Shown here in pieces: positions 52,423 through 63,660 of a DNA stretch of 64,000 bases (the first letter of the stretch is position 1; every line of letters begins with the position of its first letter). A program made the position numbers and the translations under genes. The stretch comes from a phage, in the sequence record PQ327946.1; one strand, written 5' to 3'. Below the pieces are notes generated by a model. It had not been told where the DNA came from, did not search any database, and was given only the letters and a program-made list of their open reading frames with translations.

Positions 52423-52910
52423 GTTTTAATAATCTCAATGATTTCATCTCGGGATAATCCATTGATAAGAACGGTTTTCGGACCATCGCACTGGATTTTG
52501 TACGATTCAAACAATACACACAACTCTTCTGCTGTATGATACGGACTTGAGATTCCGAGACGGTTGAATTTGTCGGTAAGAGGGTCGCAAATAATGTAGA
52601 ATTTTATACCTGCAATATGTACGTTTGGTTGACTAATATTAATGAATACATTAGCGTCATATTTAGTCAAATTGTTTTGAAGAAATTCTATCATGGCATT
52701 AACTGCTTCCGGCATCGCTTCACGTTTCTCTTCGGTGTAACGTGTTGAATATTCCTTTTGCTTTAACTTCTTTTTAGCATTTTTCGCTAGAGTAACACGT
52801 AGGTCAGTAAGATAACCAACTGGACGTCCTTTCTTAAAGACTCGGATTCCATCTGTAGAATCACCAAATGCTGCCACAACCATATCATTAGTAATCAATT
52901 GCATATTCAT
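52410..52910 (-). CDS. alc: Alc-like protein (host transcription unfolding/termination factor)
   Basis: Start moved to MNMQLITNDM... (166 aa) with SD GAGGAG; track ORF starts inside the promoter -35 element; position between spanins and rnlA as T4 alc. Confidence 0.6.
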   Translation of the reverse strand: MNMQLITNDMVVAAFGDSTDGIRVFKKGRPVGYLTDLRVTLAKNAKKKLKQKEYSTRYTEEKREAMPEAVNAMIEFLQNNLTKYDANVFINISQPNVHIAGIKFYIICDPLTDKFNRLGISSPYHTAEELCVLFESYKIQCDGPKTVLINGLSRDEIIEIIKTCLK

Positions 52911-52940
52911 AATTTTCTCCTCGTGTTGTTGATAAAAACC

Positions 52941-52970
52941 ATAGTAACACCTTCCTTGGTGTTTGTAAAC
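52941..52970 (-). promoter_or_regulatory. early promoter for alc
   Basis: Minus strand GTTTACAAACACCAAGGAAGGTGTTACTAT, then leader TATCAACAACACGAGGAGAAAATT-ATG. Confidence 0.6.
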
Positions 52971-52972
52971 CA

Positions 52973-54106
<1,134 letters not shown>

Positions 54107-54122
54107 TCAGTTAGTTTTTTTA

Positions 54123-54152
54123 AATTGTACCACAATCCTTGTGGCATGTAAA
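54123..54152 (-). promoter_or_regulatory. early promoter for rnlA
   Basis: Minus strand GTTTACATGCCACAAGGATTGTGGTACAAT, then SD GAGGA and ATG. Confidence 0.55.
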
Positions 54153-54563
54153 CTACTTTTTCTTATGTTGGATATTCCAAGGCGGGTTGAACTTTTTGAT
54201 AAAAAGCGGTTCTTCAAGGTCCATTGTTGCGATGGTCATTGAACCAAGTTCGTTGGTGACTGAAAGGTCAAAACATTGGCGGGCCCAGAATTCAACCTTT
54301 TTGCCTTGCATTAAGGCATCCAAAATCATAAGTGATTTTCTTGAATCTGAAGTCTGGTCTTTTCGATTTATGGCTGTTCGATAATAGTTAATGCGTTTCT
54401 TTAAATTCTTGGTTTTACCAATATACACAAGTTCGTCATCTATAGCAATAGCGTATATGACATTTTTCTTATTAGGGACATCAACTGTTTTAATTGTTGC
54501 ATCTTCTAATAGCTCCAATTCTGTATATTTAATAAAGGAATATTCGGCGGCAATATCTTTCAT
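54153..54563 (-). CDS. denA: endonuclease II (GIY-YIG family)
   Basis: 136 aa; VIYAIAIDDELVYIGKTKNLKKRINYY; matches T4 DenA. Confidence 0.93.
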   Translation of the reverse strand: MKDIAAEYSFIKYTELELLEDATIKTVDVPNKKNVIYAIAIDDELVYIGKTKNLKKRINYYRTAINRKDQTSDSRKSLMILDALMQGKKVEFWARQCFDLSVTNELGSMTIATMDLEEPLFIKKFNPPWNIQHKKK

Positions 54564-54571
54564 AATAAAGT

Positions 54572-54585
54572 GGGACCGAAGTCCC
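54572..54585 (-). terminator. GC hairpin (UUCG loop) between nrdB and denA
   Basis: Minus strand GGGACTTCGGTCCC. Confidence 0.4.
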
Positions 54586-54589
54586 GTCC

Positions 54590-55768
54590 TTAGAAATATT
54601 TTTTGTATGAATTGATTACATTTTGGTCTACATCATTATCAATTTGTGCGACAAGATAAGAACTGATTTCAACTTCTTGAGGAGCTGCTTGAACTAAATC
54701 AGAGTTCAGATATTCACGAATCCAAGGATACGGATGCTTGGTCGGAGCATCAGTGATTGGGCATGGCAAACCGCACTGTTTCATACGAGACACAGTCAAG
54801 TAATCAACAAAAGCACACATACTCTGCGTATTGATACCTGGACATGTACCATCTTTAAAGAGGTGTGCAGCCCATTCCTTCTCTTGACTATTTACTTCCA
54901 TAAAGATATCTACTGCTTCTTGCTCACACTCTTTAGCAATTTGAACCCATTCATCCCCATCAACGCCAAGTTGGAGCTGTCGAATAATGTACTGAGTGCC
55001 TTTAAGGTGGAGTTGTTCGTCACGAGCGATGAACTTCATAATCTTTGCATTACCTTCCATGATTTCCATGTTCTTATGGAAGTTGAAAGTACATGCAAAA
55101 GATACATAAAAACGAATAGCTTCTAAGGCGTTAATAACGTGTAAGCAGAGATAAAGAGACTTCATTAATGCACGTTTACATTCTTCCACATGCATAAGAC
55201 TATTTGAATATGCATCCAAATCATATTCATTTTCGGAAAAACATTTAAAAATTTCTTTAGCATTTTCCCATTCACGTGTTTTAACTAGAATATCATCATA
55301 ATATTTGCCGATTGATTCCGCACGTTTCATGATTGCTTCGTCTAATACAATTTCATCAAATACCTTAGATGGATCCGTATAAAGATTTCGCATAATATGA
55401 GTATACGAACGAGAGTGAATAGTTTCACTGAATGTCCATGTTGCAACCCACGTATCTAATGAAGGGTCGGAAATCAGTGCCATAAGTACCGCAGATGGGG
55501 CCCTGCCTTGGATAGAATCTAATAATGATTGATACTTAAGATTGTTTGTAAAGATGTCCTGTTGGAACTGAGGAAGCTTATTGAACTGCGCAGAGTCCAA
55601 CATCAAGTTTACCTCTTCTGGGCGCCAAAAAAACGAGAGCTGACGTTCAATAAGTTCTTCAAAAACTTTATGACGCTGAATATCATAACGTGCGAGACCA
55701 AGACCAGAACCAAAGAACATCGGCTCATTCAAAACATCGACTTGTTGTGTGTTAAAAACTGTACTCAT
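54590..55768 (-). CDS. nrdB: ribonucleotide reductase small (beta) subunit NrdB, intronless
   Basis: Start moved to ATG (MSTVFNTQQVDVLNEPMFFGS...); diiron/tyrosyl-radical R2 fold; contiguous ORF, unlike T4 nrdB which carries a group I intron. Confidence 0.93.
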   Translation of the reverse strand: MSTVFNTQQVDVLNEPMFFGSGLGLARYDIQRHKVFEELIERQLSFFWRPEEVNLMLDSAQFNKLPQFQQDIFTNNLKYQSLLDSIQGRAPSAVLMALISDPSLDTWVATWTFSETIHSRSYTHIMRNLYTDPSKVFDEIVLDEAIMKRAESIGKYYDDILVKTREWENAKEIFKCFSENEYDLDAYSNSLMHVEECKRALMKSLYLCLHVINALEAIRFYVSFACTFNFHKNMEIMEGNAKIMKFIARDEQLHLKGTQYIIRQLQLGVDGDEWVQIAKECEQEAVDIFMEVNSQEKEWAAHLFKDGTCPGINTQSMCAFVDYLTVSRMKQCGLPCPITDAPTKHPYPWIREYLNSDLVQAAPQEVEISSYLVAQIDNDVDQNVINSYKKYF

Positions 55769-55820
55769 TATATTTCTCACTTAGTTTAACTCATCCATGA
55801 GTAAATTATAATCAAAAGTC

Positions 55821-56810
55821 TTAAAGCTTACAAGCAGAACAATCTTCAGCTTTAGGTGTTTCTAATTCATAGTCATCTGTACCTGACCCATCACGAGTGT
55901 TATGATAGTAGAGGTTTTTTCCGCCAAAGTACCAGAAGTAAAGCAGATCGTCAAGCATTACCGACATTGGCACTTTACCTTTCTCAAATACTGCAGGGTC
56001 ATAGTAAGTATTAGCAGAAGCAGATTGGCATACCCATTTCAACATGATAGCAACTTGGGTCAAATAAGGTTTATTACCTTTCTTAGCAAGTTTCCACGCA
56101 TAGTCGTAAAGACTCATGTTATGTTCGATATTAGGAACAACCTGTCGGAAGTTGCCTTCTTTAGATTCTTTAATACTTACTGGACCACGTGGGGGCTCAA
56201 TCCCGTTTGTAGAGTTCGATACTTGACTGCTTGACTCACAAGGCATGAGTGCAGACAACGTTGAGTTACGAATTCCGTGTTCTTTGAGTTCAGCTCGAAG
56301 TTCTTCCCAGTCACAGACGTAGTTCGGGGCTGCGATTTGGTCAATTTTTTTATTGTACCAGTCGATAGGTAATTCGCCTCTAGACCATTTAGTGTCTGAA
56401 TAATACTCACAAGGTCCTTTTTCTTTGGCGAGTTTGATTGAAGCTCGGATAAGCCCATATTGTAATCTCTCAAACAGTTCATGAGTTAAATCGTTTGCGT
56501 CTTCATAAGAAGCAAAGTTGCTTGCTAACCATGCAGCATAGTTCGTAACACCAACACCGAGGTTTCGACGCTTTTTAGCTTTTAAAGCTTCTGGAACCGG
56601 ATAATCTTGATAGTCTAACAGGTTATCAAGTGCACGTACTTGTACTTCAGCAAGTTCATTAATTTTATCTTGGTCTTGCCAATCAAATTTATCAAGAACA
56701 AAGGCAGAAAGAGTGCAGAGGCCCACTTCACCTTTGTTTTCAATAACTTGTATTGTTGTATACTCATCATCTTCGTAAAATTCATCTACAAATTCATAAT
56801 CAATATTCAT
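55821..56810 (-). CDS. nrdA: ribonucleotide reductase large subunit NrdA, C-terminal fragment (split gene)
   Basis: 329 aa; from ...GEVGLCTLSAF onward aligns with the C-terminal third of class Ia NrdA, ending in redox tail CSACKL; own ATG plus 24 non-NrdA leading codons. Confidence 0.85.
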   Translation of the reverse strand: MNIDYEFVDEFYEDDEYTTIQVIENKGEVGLCTLSAFVLDKFDWQDQDKINELAEVQVRALDNLLDYQDYPVPEALKAKKRRNLGVGVTNYAAWLASNFASYEDANDLTHELFERLQYGLIRASIKLAKEKGPCEYYSDTKWSRGELPIDWYNKKIDQIAAPNYVCDWEELRAELKEHGIRNSTLSALMPCESSSQVSNSTNGIEPPRGPVSIKESKEGNFRQVVPNIEHNMSLYDYAWKLAKKGNKPYLTQVAIMLKWVCQSASANTYYDPAVFEKGKVPMSVMLDDLLYFWYFGGKNLYYHNTRDGSGTDDYELETPKAEDCSACKL

Positions 56811-57510
56811 TTAATTCTTCTACCTTTTTTCGAGATATTCCTAGAGCTTTAGATGCTCGATGTATTGATTGATATTCTATACCGTTTATTTTTACAGCAA
56901 TTAAGTTATGGGGTTTTAATCCCTTTGGATGAGGTTTACTGACGTATTCTTGATTATCGTTTTCAGAGATATTATCAAGCTTTCGACACTTAAAGCCTTT
57001 ATGTTGAGACCTTTTGCCTTTGCATACGGCCGACATTGCCGAAGCATTGAGTGAATGTAGTTCGCAAAATTCTCTTAGGCCTTTATGGATTTCTTCATGA
57101 CCGTCTGGGAAAGTAAATACCCAAGTTGTTTGAAGTTTTTCTCTATGCTCGTCAGTTACCGGAATACCTTTGTTCCAAGCTGGTTTGCCTTTATTATTTT
57201 CAGATACAGAAATAGCCAATTTTCTTCTAAGCCACCCATGGCGTTTATTGGTGTTCTTTCGTTCAATATTATCTTCAGAATAAACACACATCATATTAGC
57301 GGCAAATACCAATTTATAATTATCTGGATATATCTTTACTAATAATTGATGAGCTATGTAATGCTCTTCGGGTGTCAAATCTACCAGGTTTTCCTTTGTA
57401 TCAGAACCACCAATACACAGAGGTATAATATGGTGTGATTCGGTATAGCAATCTAATTTTCTGTTCTTAGCTTTAGAAATAAGGTTATTGTAAATTTTAG
57501 AATAATCCAT
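56800..57510 (-). CDS. HNH homing endonuclease (mobE-like) inserted within nrdA
   Basis: 236 aa; HNH motif ESHHIIPLCIGGSDTKENLVDLTPEEHYIAH; strong SD AAGAGGAAAAGTT-ATG; stop overlaps start of the nrdA C-terminal fragment. Confidence 0.85.
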   Translation of the reverse strand: MDYSKIYNNLISKAKNRKLDCYTESHHIIPLCIGGSDTKENLVDLTPEEHYIAHQLLVKIYPDNYKLVFAANMMCVYSEDNIERKNTNKRHGWLRRKLAISVSENNKGKPAWNKGIPVTDEHREKLQTTWVFTFPDGHEEIHKGLREFCELHSLNASAMSAVCKGKRSQHKGFKCRKLDNISENDNQEYVSKPHPKGLKPHNLIAVKINGIEYQSIHRASKALGISRKKVEELNEY

Positions 57511-57555
57511 AACTTTTCCTCTTGTTATGGATTATTTATTAACGGTCTGTGTACT

Positions 57556-58980
57556 TTATTTGCTTTGAATTATACCGCCAGGATTAGCTTCATAAAACTT
57601 AGCTACATCCGACTTCTTAATTTTGATTAAACGGGTTTGTTGGCTATTCACATCATTAGTTGGAATAGCGATTTCACAACATAAGTTACTCTGACGAATT
57701 GGAGCTTTTTCACGAATAAATGGAGTGTAGTTATTCGTGTTATCAACAAACTGTGGATAAATTCGAGCAGTACCAGAACGTTCAGTCATGAACAATTCAA
57801 AGAGTTCTAGTGCTTTGATTCTTTTCTTTCTGATTGTTGGGTCTTTTTCAGCTTTCTCATAAAGCTCACGGAATTTATCTTGGTCTTCAAAGAACGAGTA
57901 GTATAGTTCGCCTGACATTTCGTGAGGGCTAAATAAAGTAATATAATCATTTTTACCAAGGCGTTCCATCATAAGGTCATTAATCTGAATTCCGTAGTCC
58001 ATATGACGAATACGGTTTTCATCCACACCTTTGTTATTTTTCAGAACTAATAGGTTCTCTACTTCTAAGTGCCACATCGGATAATACGCTGTAGCAGCAC
58101 CACCACGAATACCACCTTGAGAACAAGATTTTACTGCAGTTTGGAAATGTTTCCAGAATGGAATAACACCTGTATGTCGAACTTCACCCATACCGATCTT
58201 AGAACCTTCTGCACGAAGCATACCAACGTTGATACCGATACCAGCTCGTTTAGAAATATATTCAATAATTGATGCTGAAGTTTTGTTAATAGATTTTAAC
58301 GAATCACCTGCTTCAATAACTACACAACTAGAGAACTGGCGAGTCGGAGTACGAGCACCTGCCATAATTGGGGTAGGCAATGAAACTTGATGAGTAGAAA
58401 CGGCATCATAAAAACGAATAATATGTTTCAAACGGTCATGAGTTTCGTCTTGGTGTAAGGCCATACCAATAGCCATGATAGCAAACTGTGGAGTTTCATA
58501 AATCTTCCCAGTTGTTTTATCTTTAACTAGATATTTTTCTTTAAGCTGCATAGCACCAGCATAAGTCAGGTCAAAATCTCGTTCATGTTTAATCTGTGAA
58601 TCGAGATAAATGATTTCTTCTGCTGAATATTGAGACAACAGCTCAGGGTCGTATTTGCCTTCATTAACACAGTAAGAAATATGGTCGATAAAAGCAGGCG
58701 GTTCAAACTGTCCGTATACATCTTTACGAAGTGCAAACATTAGCCCTTTGGCTGCGACATACTGATAATCAGGTTCTTCGACAGAAATCGAGTTAGCTGC
58801 AACTTTAATACAAATCTTCTGAATATCTTTGGTGCTCATCCCGTCGACAAGATGGGTCTTAATTTCTTCGTACAATTCATATGGGTCAATTTGTGTTCCT
58901 TCACATTGCCAAGTTAAGACTTGAATAATTTTCTGTGCATCAAAATTTTGGGATACCCCACTGCTCTTAGTTACTTGCAT
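57556..58980 (-). CDS. nrdA: ribonucleotide reductase large subunit NrdA, N-terminal fragment (split gene)
   Basis: 474 aa; ATP-cone and catalytic core through active-site loop SNLCCEIAIPTNDVN, then 29 non-NrdA codons and TAA. Confidence 0.88.
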   Translation of the reverse strand: MQVTKSSGVSQNFDAQKIIQVLTWQCEGTQIDPYELYEEIKTHLVDGMSTKDIQKICIKVAANSISVEEPDYQYVAAKGLMFALRKDVYGQFEPPAFIDHISYCVNEGKYDPELLSQYSAEEIIYLDSQIKHERDFDLTYAGAMQLKEKYLVKDKTTGKIYETPQFAIMAIGMALHQDETHDRLKHIIRFYDAVSTHQVSLPTPIMAGARTPTRQFSSCVVIEAGDSLKSINKTSASIIEYISKRAGIGINVGMLRAEGSKIGMGEVRHTGVIPFWKHFQTAVKSCSQGGIRGGAATAYYPMWHLEVENLLVLKNNKGVDENRIRHMDYGIQINDLMMERLGKNDYITLFSPHEMSGELYYSFFEDQDKFRELYEKAEKDPTIRKKRIKALELFELFMTERSGTARIYPQFVDNTNNYTPFIREKAPIRQSNLCCEIAIPTNDVNSQQTRLIKIKKSDVAKFYEANPGGIIQSK

Positions 58981-59276
58981 ATGTCCTCTATATTAAATTC
59001 ATCTTTAAAAAGTTTATTAACCACTAGAGCTATTATATCACCATGACAGGCTTTTGGTTTACATGTGCATCCTAATCGCATCCCACGTAAAGGTTCAAGA
59101 TGAGCTTTTGTGATTTCTCCACTTCTAATTCTTTTAATAAAATCCTTTTTGAAAAGCTCAATAGCTTCTTCTCGAGAAGAGGCATCCTTGCCTACATAAT
59201 TTCCCCAGAATGTGCCACGATGAATATTAACATCAAAATCTGATTTGTATTTATTCACTACGCGGCATATTTTCAT
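58971..59276 (-). CDS. hypothetical Cys-rich protein (101 aa)
   Basis: Contains GCTCKPKACHGD motif; directly upstream of nrdA. Confidence 0.5.
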   Translation of the reverse strand: MKICRVVNKYKSDFDVNIHRGTFWGNYVGKDASSREEAIELFKKDFIKRIRSGEITKAHLEPLRGMRLGCTCKPKACHGDIIALVVNKLFKDEFNIEDICK

Positions 59277-59494
59277 GTTACGTCAACCTCAAACCAACAG
59301 TCATAAACATTATCCAAAAGATTATGCTTATTATATTCATACACCTTTGTAACAGAGAGAACTCTCTCTTCAAAGCCGTCAACATTAATTGTCTCAGTTT
59401 TAATAGGGAGCTCAAGAGGATTAGCATTATAAAGTTCAGCTAACACCTTTTTACTACCATGTCCTTTACGAACAATACGAATATTGATACCCAT
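59273..59494 (-). CDS. hypothetical protein (73 aa)
   Basis: ORF between td and nrdA. Confidence 0.5.
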   Translation of the reverse strand: MGINIRIVRKGHGSKKVLAELYNANPLELPIKTETINVDGFEERVLSVTKVYEYNKHNLLDNVYDCWFEVDVT

Positions 59495-59742
59495 TAGTTA
59501 CGTTCCAATTCTTCGTATTCTTTAGGTGTCAAGACTGTGATATCGAAATAAACCAACGGTTCTTTTTCTATACCGTAACCACCACAAAATTCACGATATT
59601 CATAAATTCGTTCGTGTGAATAGCAAATGAATCGTTCACCTTTAACTGTGATTTCACTATTCGGTGAAGGGATATCCAGTTCGGTAGGATTTTTCATTTC
59701 AAAAATTGTGGTGCCGTATGAATTAATAAAACGTAAAATCAT
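59494..59742 (-). CDS. hypothetical protein (82 aa)
   Basis: ORF between td and nrdA. Confidence 0.5.
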   Translation of the reverse strand: MILRFINSYGTTIFEMKNPTELDIPSPNSEITVKGERFICYSHERIYEYREFCGGYGIEKEPLVYFDITVLTPKEYEELERN

Positions 59743-59743
59743 T

Positions 59744-60604
59744 TTATACCGCCATTTTAGCTTTGATAGCTGGATGTGATTCGTAATTTTTAAGAATAAA
59801 GTCTTTAGGACGAAGTTTTAATACATATTCAATTTGTTCTTCGGTTGATAGATGTCTAAATTTGTATGGTAATCCGTTAATAACTAATTCACACAGTTCT
59901 TTAGGCTCACGACGTAAAACTTCTTTGCATTGCTCTACGTGGTTGCTGTAGATATGCGTATTGCCGCCTGAGAACACTAAATCACCTGGGATAAGGTTAC
60001 ACATCTTCGCTACAATATGTGTCAAGGCAGCGTACGAGGCAATGTTGAACGGCAAACCCAAGAAAACATCGACACTGCGTTGATACCATTGTAAATCAAG
60101 ATGACCATTACGCACATTGAACTGATAGAACATATGGCAAGGAGGAAGTGCCATTTGATTTATTTCAGCTGGATTCCAGGCAGAAACAATTTGACGACGA
60201 TCAGTTGGTAATTTTTTAATACGGTCGATTGTTTCAACTAATTGGTCTACACCGCCGAAATCACGCCATTGTTTACCATATATAGGACCAAGTTCACCGC
60301 TATGGTACCCAAGGTCTTTTGCCTGATTTTCGTAATTATCGTCCCAAATAGTTTTACCTTCAATTAGACTACCATGGGTACGAAGACGTAATTCGTTAAC
60401 ATTAGTAGAACCGGACATGAACCACAGTAGTTCGGCAATACAAGCTTTCCATGCTAATTTCTTAGTTGTTACTGCAGGGAATCCTTTAGTCAGGTCCCAA
60501 CGTAATTTAGTTCCGAACAGGGCAATTGTTCCTGTGCCTGTACGGTCGTCTGTTTCATAGCCGTTTTCAAGGATATTTTTAATTAAATCTTGATATTGTT
60601 TCAT
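59744..60604 (-). CDS. td: thymidylate synthase, intronless
   Basis: 286 aa; ...AWNPAEINQMALPPCHMFYQFNV... active-site Cys motif; contiguous ORF, unlike T4 td with its I-TevI-containing group I intron. Confidence 0.96.
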   Translation of the reverse strand: MKQYQDLIKNILENGYETDDRTGTGTIALFGTKLRWDLTKGFPAVTTKKLAWKACIAELLWFMSGSTNVNELRLRTHGSLIEGKTIWDDNYENQAKDLGYHSGELGPIYGKQWRDFGGVDQLVETIDRIKKLPTDRRQIVSAWNPAEINQMALPPCHMFYQFNVRNGHLDLQWYQRSVDVFLGLPFNIASYAALTHIVAKMCNLIPGDLVFSGGNTHIYSNHVEQCKEVLRREPKELCELVINGLPYKFRHLSTEEQIEYVLKLRPKDFILKNYESHPAIKAKMAV

Positions 60605-60617
60605 TTAGCACCTATAA

Positions 60618-61575
<958 letters not shown>

Positions 61576-61857
61576 TCAAAACCCCTTTTCAATAAACCAT
61601 TCAGTGGCTTTATTAGCGTCAAAGAATAACTCTTCATATGTCTTTTCTTTGTTTTCAAAAACTGTCACACAAACACGTTGACATTCTCCGCAGTATTCTT
61701 CTGACATACTCAAAGCGTCAGAAAACATTTCATTAAATTCACTTAAATCGGGATTATGCAATGCGTTAAAAATTGCATAATCGAATTCGTCATTCATAAA
61801 TTCAAATACAAAAATCATATTATTTTTCCTCAAACAGACTTTTTCACAATTTTCCAA
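61576..61857 (-). CDS. hypothetical protein (frd.1 position)
   Basis: 93 aa ORF upstream of frd; true start may be the internal MIFVFEF... Confidence 0.5.
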   Translation of the reverse strand: MENCEKVCLRKNNMIFVFEFMNDEFDYAIFNALHNPDLSEFNEMFSDALSMSEEYCGECQRVCVTVFENKEKTYEELFFDANKATEWFIEKGF

Positions 61858-62072
61858 TCAGCTTTAAACGATTCAATGTCAGAGTGGTAAATCCAGAATC
61901 CTGCACTTTCACCATCTTCATAGAGTGGACATCCATCGCATTCATCTTCCCAACCCATATCGCGTAAAAGATGTTCAGCTTTTTCAACAAGTTCAGCGTC
62001 TTTACCGACGATGTTGAAGTACCATTTACCTCTAACTTCAGAATCTTTGATGCTCTGGCGTTGCAATCTCAT
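61830..62072 (-). CDS. hypothetical protein (80 aa; frd.2 position)
   Basis: Start moved to MRLQRQ... (ATG at 62070-62072) with SD AAGGAG 7 nt upstream; the track's GTG start lies inside the SD. Confidence 0.55.
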   Translation of the reverse strand: MRLQRQSIKDSEVRGKWYFNIVGKDAELVEKAEHLLRDMGWEDECDGCPLYEDGESAGFWIYHSDIESFKADWKIVKKSV

Positions 62073-62104
62073 TTTATTCTCCTTCACTTTTATTTGATAG
62101 GGCT

Positions 62105-62134
62105 ACTATAACATAGCCCTATCTTGTTATAAAC
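62105..62134 (-). promoter_or_regulatory. early promoter (GTTTATA-N17-TATAGT)
   Basis: The -10 sits inside a 9-bp inverted repeat ATAGGGCTA...TAGCCCTAT. Confidence 0.5.
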
Positions 62135-62526
62135 TACTTTTTAAAAGTTTTTTGCAAAAGTTTGATGATTTCGTCGACGTTGGTTTCGTCTACGATACAA
62201 TGGATTTTTGTTACACCTAAAGTTATACCTTCGTTAGTAGGTTGAGGCTTTACTAAATCTACCTCAATAAAGTATTTGAACTCGTCAGGATAAATCTCAA
62301 AATAAGTTTCAATTCCACCACCGGCAGAACATACAGTACCATCTTCCATAGTTACACTTACTACGTTTGACGTATCGCTATCATAATCAGGTTCCATTCC
62401 GTTTACAACAAAACTAGGCCCGTGGAGTTCAATTAATTTTAACATCTTAGCGTTATTGTGTGGTGCTTCTTGAACAAAGTCGTCTTTAAATAAAGGGTTA
62501 ATGATATAAGATTTTCCGATTTCCAT
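62134..62526 (-). CDS. hypothetical protein (130 aa; frd.3 position)
   Basis: ORF with early promoter and leader CAACATGAGGAAATCAAA-ATG upstream. Confidence 0.6.
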   Translation of the reverse strand: MEIGKSYIINPLFKDDFVQEAPHNNAKMLKLIELHGPSFVVNGMEPDYDSDTSNVVSVTMEDGTVCSAGGGIETYFEIYPDEFKYFIEVDLVKPQPTNEGITLGVTKIHCIVDETNVDEIIKLLQKTFKK

Positions 62527-62555
62527 TTTGATTTCCTCATGTTGTTGATAAGTCT

Positions 62556-62584
62556 ATAGTATCATGTTTAAAGGAAAAGTAAAC
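62556..62584 (-). promoter_or_regulatory. early promoter (GTTTAC-N17-TACTAT) for the 130-aa ORF
   Basis: Minus strand GTTTACTTTTCCTTTAAACATGATACTAT, then leader TATCAACAACATGAGGAAATCAAA-ATG. Confidence 0.6.
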
Positions 62585-62610
62585 AACTTTTTCGGTAATT
62601 TACAGATACT

Positions 62611-62633
62611 CAAAAGGGAGACCGAAGTCTCCC
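62611..62633 (-). terminator. intrinsic terminator after gene 32
   Basis: Minus strand GGGAGACTTCGGTCTCCC then TTTTGAG directly after the gene 32 stop. Confidence 0.7.
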
Positions 62634-62639
62634 AATTTA

Positions 62640-63542
62640 TTATAGACCAGCTAACAGGTCGTCGAGGTCGCCATCATCAGAGGATGAGGTAGAGCTCATG
62701 AAGTCATCTTCAGTTTTTGCAGAACTAAAGGCTTCCATATCTTTATCAAAATCGTCAAGGTCAGAAGCAACTTTATCTGCAACAGAAGCTGCTGCGGCTG
62801 CTGCACCACCAAGAGCGGCAGTACCAAGAACCTTAGCGAAAGATTCATTTAATTTTTCAAAGGATTTGAACTGGTCTTTAGCCGTCAAAGTAGTAAGGTC
62901 TACCATCTGGTCATACAGTTCTTTCTGGAATGCTTCGTCATTAATACGAGGAATTTCAGATTGACCCAAGAATTTAGATTCGTCATAGTTGCTAAAACCT
63001 GAAACCTGCTTAGCTTTCAGAACAAAGTTAGCACCTTCAAACGGACAAGTAACATCAACTGGAGTTTCACCCATTTCGGTATCAACTGCAATCATTGCAT
63101 TGATTTTGTCCCAAATCTTTTTACCGAAACGATATTTAAATACTTTACCTTCGTTATCTGGAGCTTGAGGGTCTTTAACAACCAGAATATTAGCCCAATA
63201 AGAAGTTTTACGTTTCAGTTGAGAATATTCAGTTTTGTTGGTATTGTACAGGTCATTTTTACTAATGTACTGACATACAGGACAAGAGTCGTAATCACCA
63301 TGTGTAGAAGAGCAATTTTCAATATACCATTTACCATTTTTCTTGAAACCGTGGTTAACGAGAATTGCAAATGGTAGTGCATCATCAGTTTTTGCTGGCA
63401 AGAAACGAATTACCGCTTGACCATTACCGGATGCATCTAGCTTCAGCTTCCATTCGCCTTTATCTTCTGAAGAGAAACCTTTGTTACCATTCAGTTTAGC
63501 CATTTGAGCAGCGAGGTCAGCAGTAGATTTACGTTTAAACAT
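62640..63542 (-). CDS. 32: single-stranded DNA-binding protein gp32
   Basis: 300 aa; [36 protein letters not shown]..., zinc ligand region and acidic C-terminal tail; near-identical to T4 gp32. Confidence 0.97.
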   Translation of the reverse strand: MFKRKSTADLAAQMAKLNGNKGFSSEDKGEWKLKLDASGNGQAVIRFLPAKTDDALPFAILVNHGFKKNGKWYIENCSSTHGDYDSCPVCQYISKNDLYNTNKTEYSQLKRKTSYWANILVVKDPQAPDNEGKVFKYRFGKKIWDKINAMIAVDTEMGETPVDVTCPFEGANFVLKAKQVSGFSNYDESKFLGQSEIPRINDEAFQKELYDQMVDLTTLTAKDQFKSFEKLNESFAKVLGTAALGGAAAAAASVADKVASDLDDFDKDMEAFSSAKTEDDFMSSTSSSDDGDLDDLLAGL

Positions 63543-63623
63543 GGATTATTACCTTTTATTTAGATTATTTAATTTATTTACAGTTGGTTGCTACGACACT
63601 TATACCTCGTAGCTGGTATGATT
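63543..63623 (-). promoter_or_regulatory. gene 32 mRNA leader: putative autoregulatory translational operator
   Basis: Leader reads ...CTACGAGGTATAAGTGTCGTAG (hairpin)...GTAAATAAATTAAATAATCTAAATAAAAGGTAATAATCC-ATG: structured element followed by an A/U-rich unstructured tract with repeated UAAA(U) units, as described for T4 gene 32 autoregulation. Confidence 0.5.
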
Positions 63624-63631
63624 TATTTATA
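63624..63631 (-). promoter_or_regulatory. late promoter (TATAAATA on minus strand) for gene 32
   Basis: Plus-strand TATTTATA at 63624-63631 upstream of gene 32 leader. Confidence 0.55.
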
Positions 63632-63660
63632 AAGTAATTTTAACACACAAGAAATAAAGC

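Noticed and set aside
54590-55768. Possible group I intron in nrdB, as in T4
   Set aside because: nrdB is a contiguous ORF with the R2 motifs in order; no interruption is seen.
59744-60604. Possible group I intron in td, as in T4
   Set aside because: td is a single uninterrupted 286-codon ORF with continuous thymidylate synthase similarity; no intron is present.
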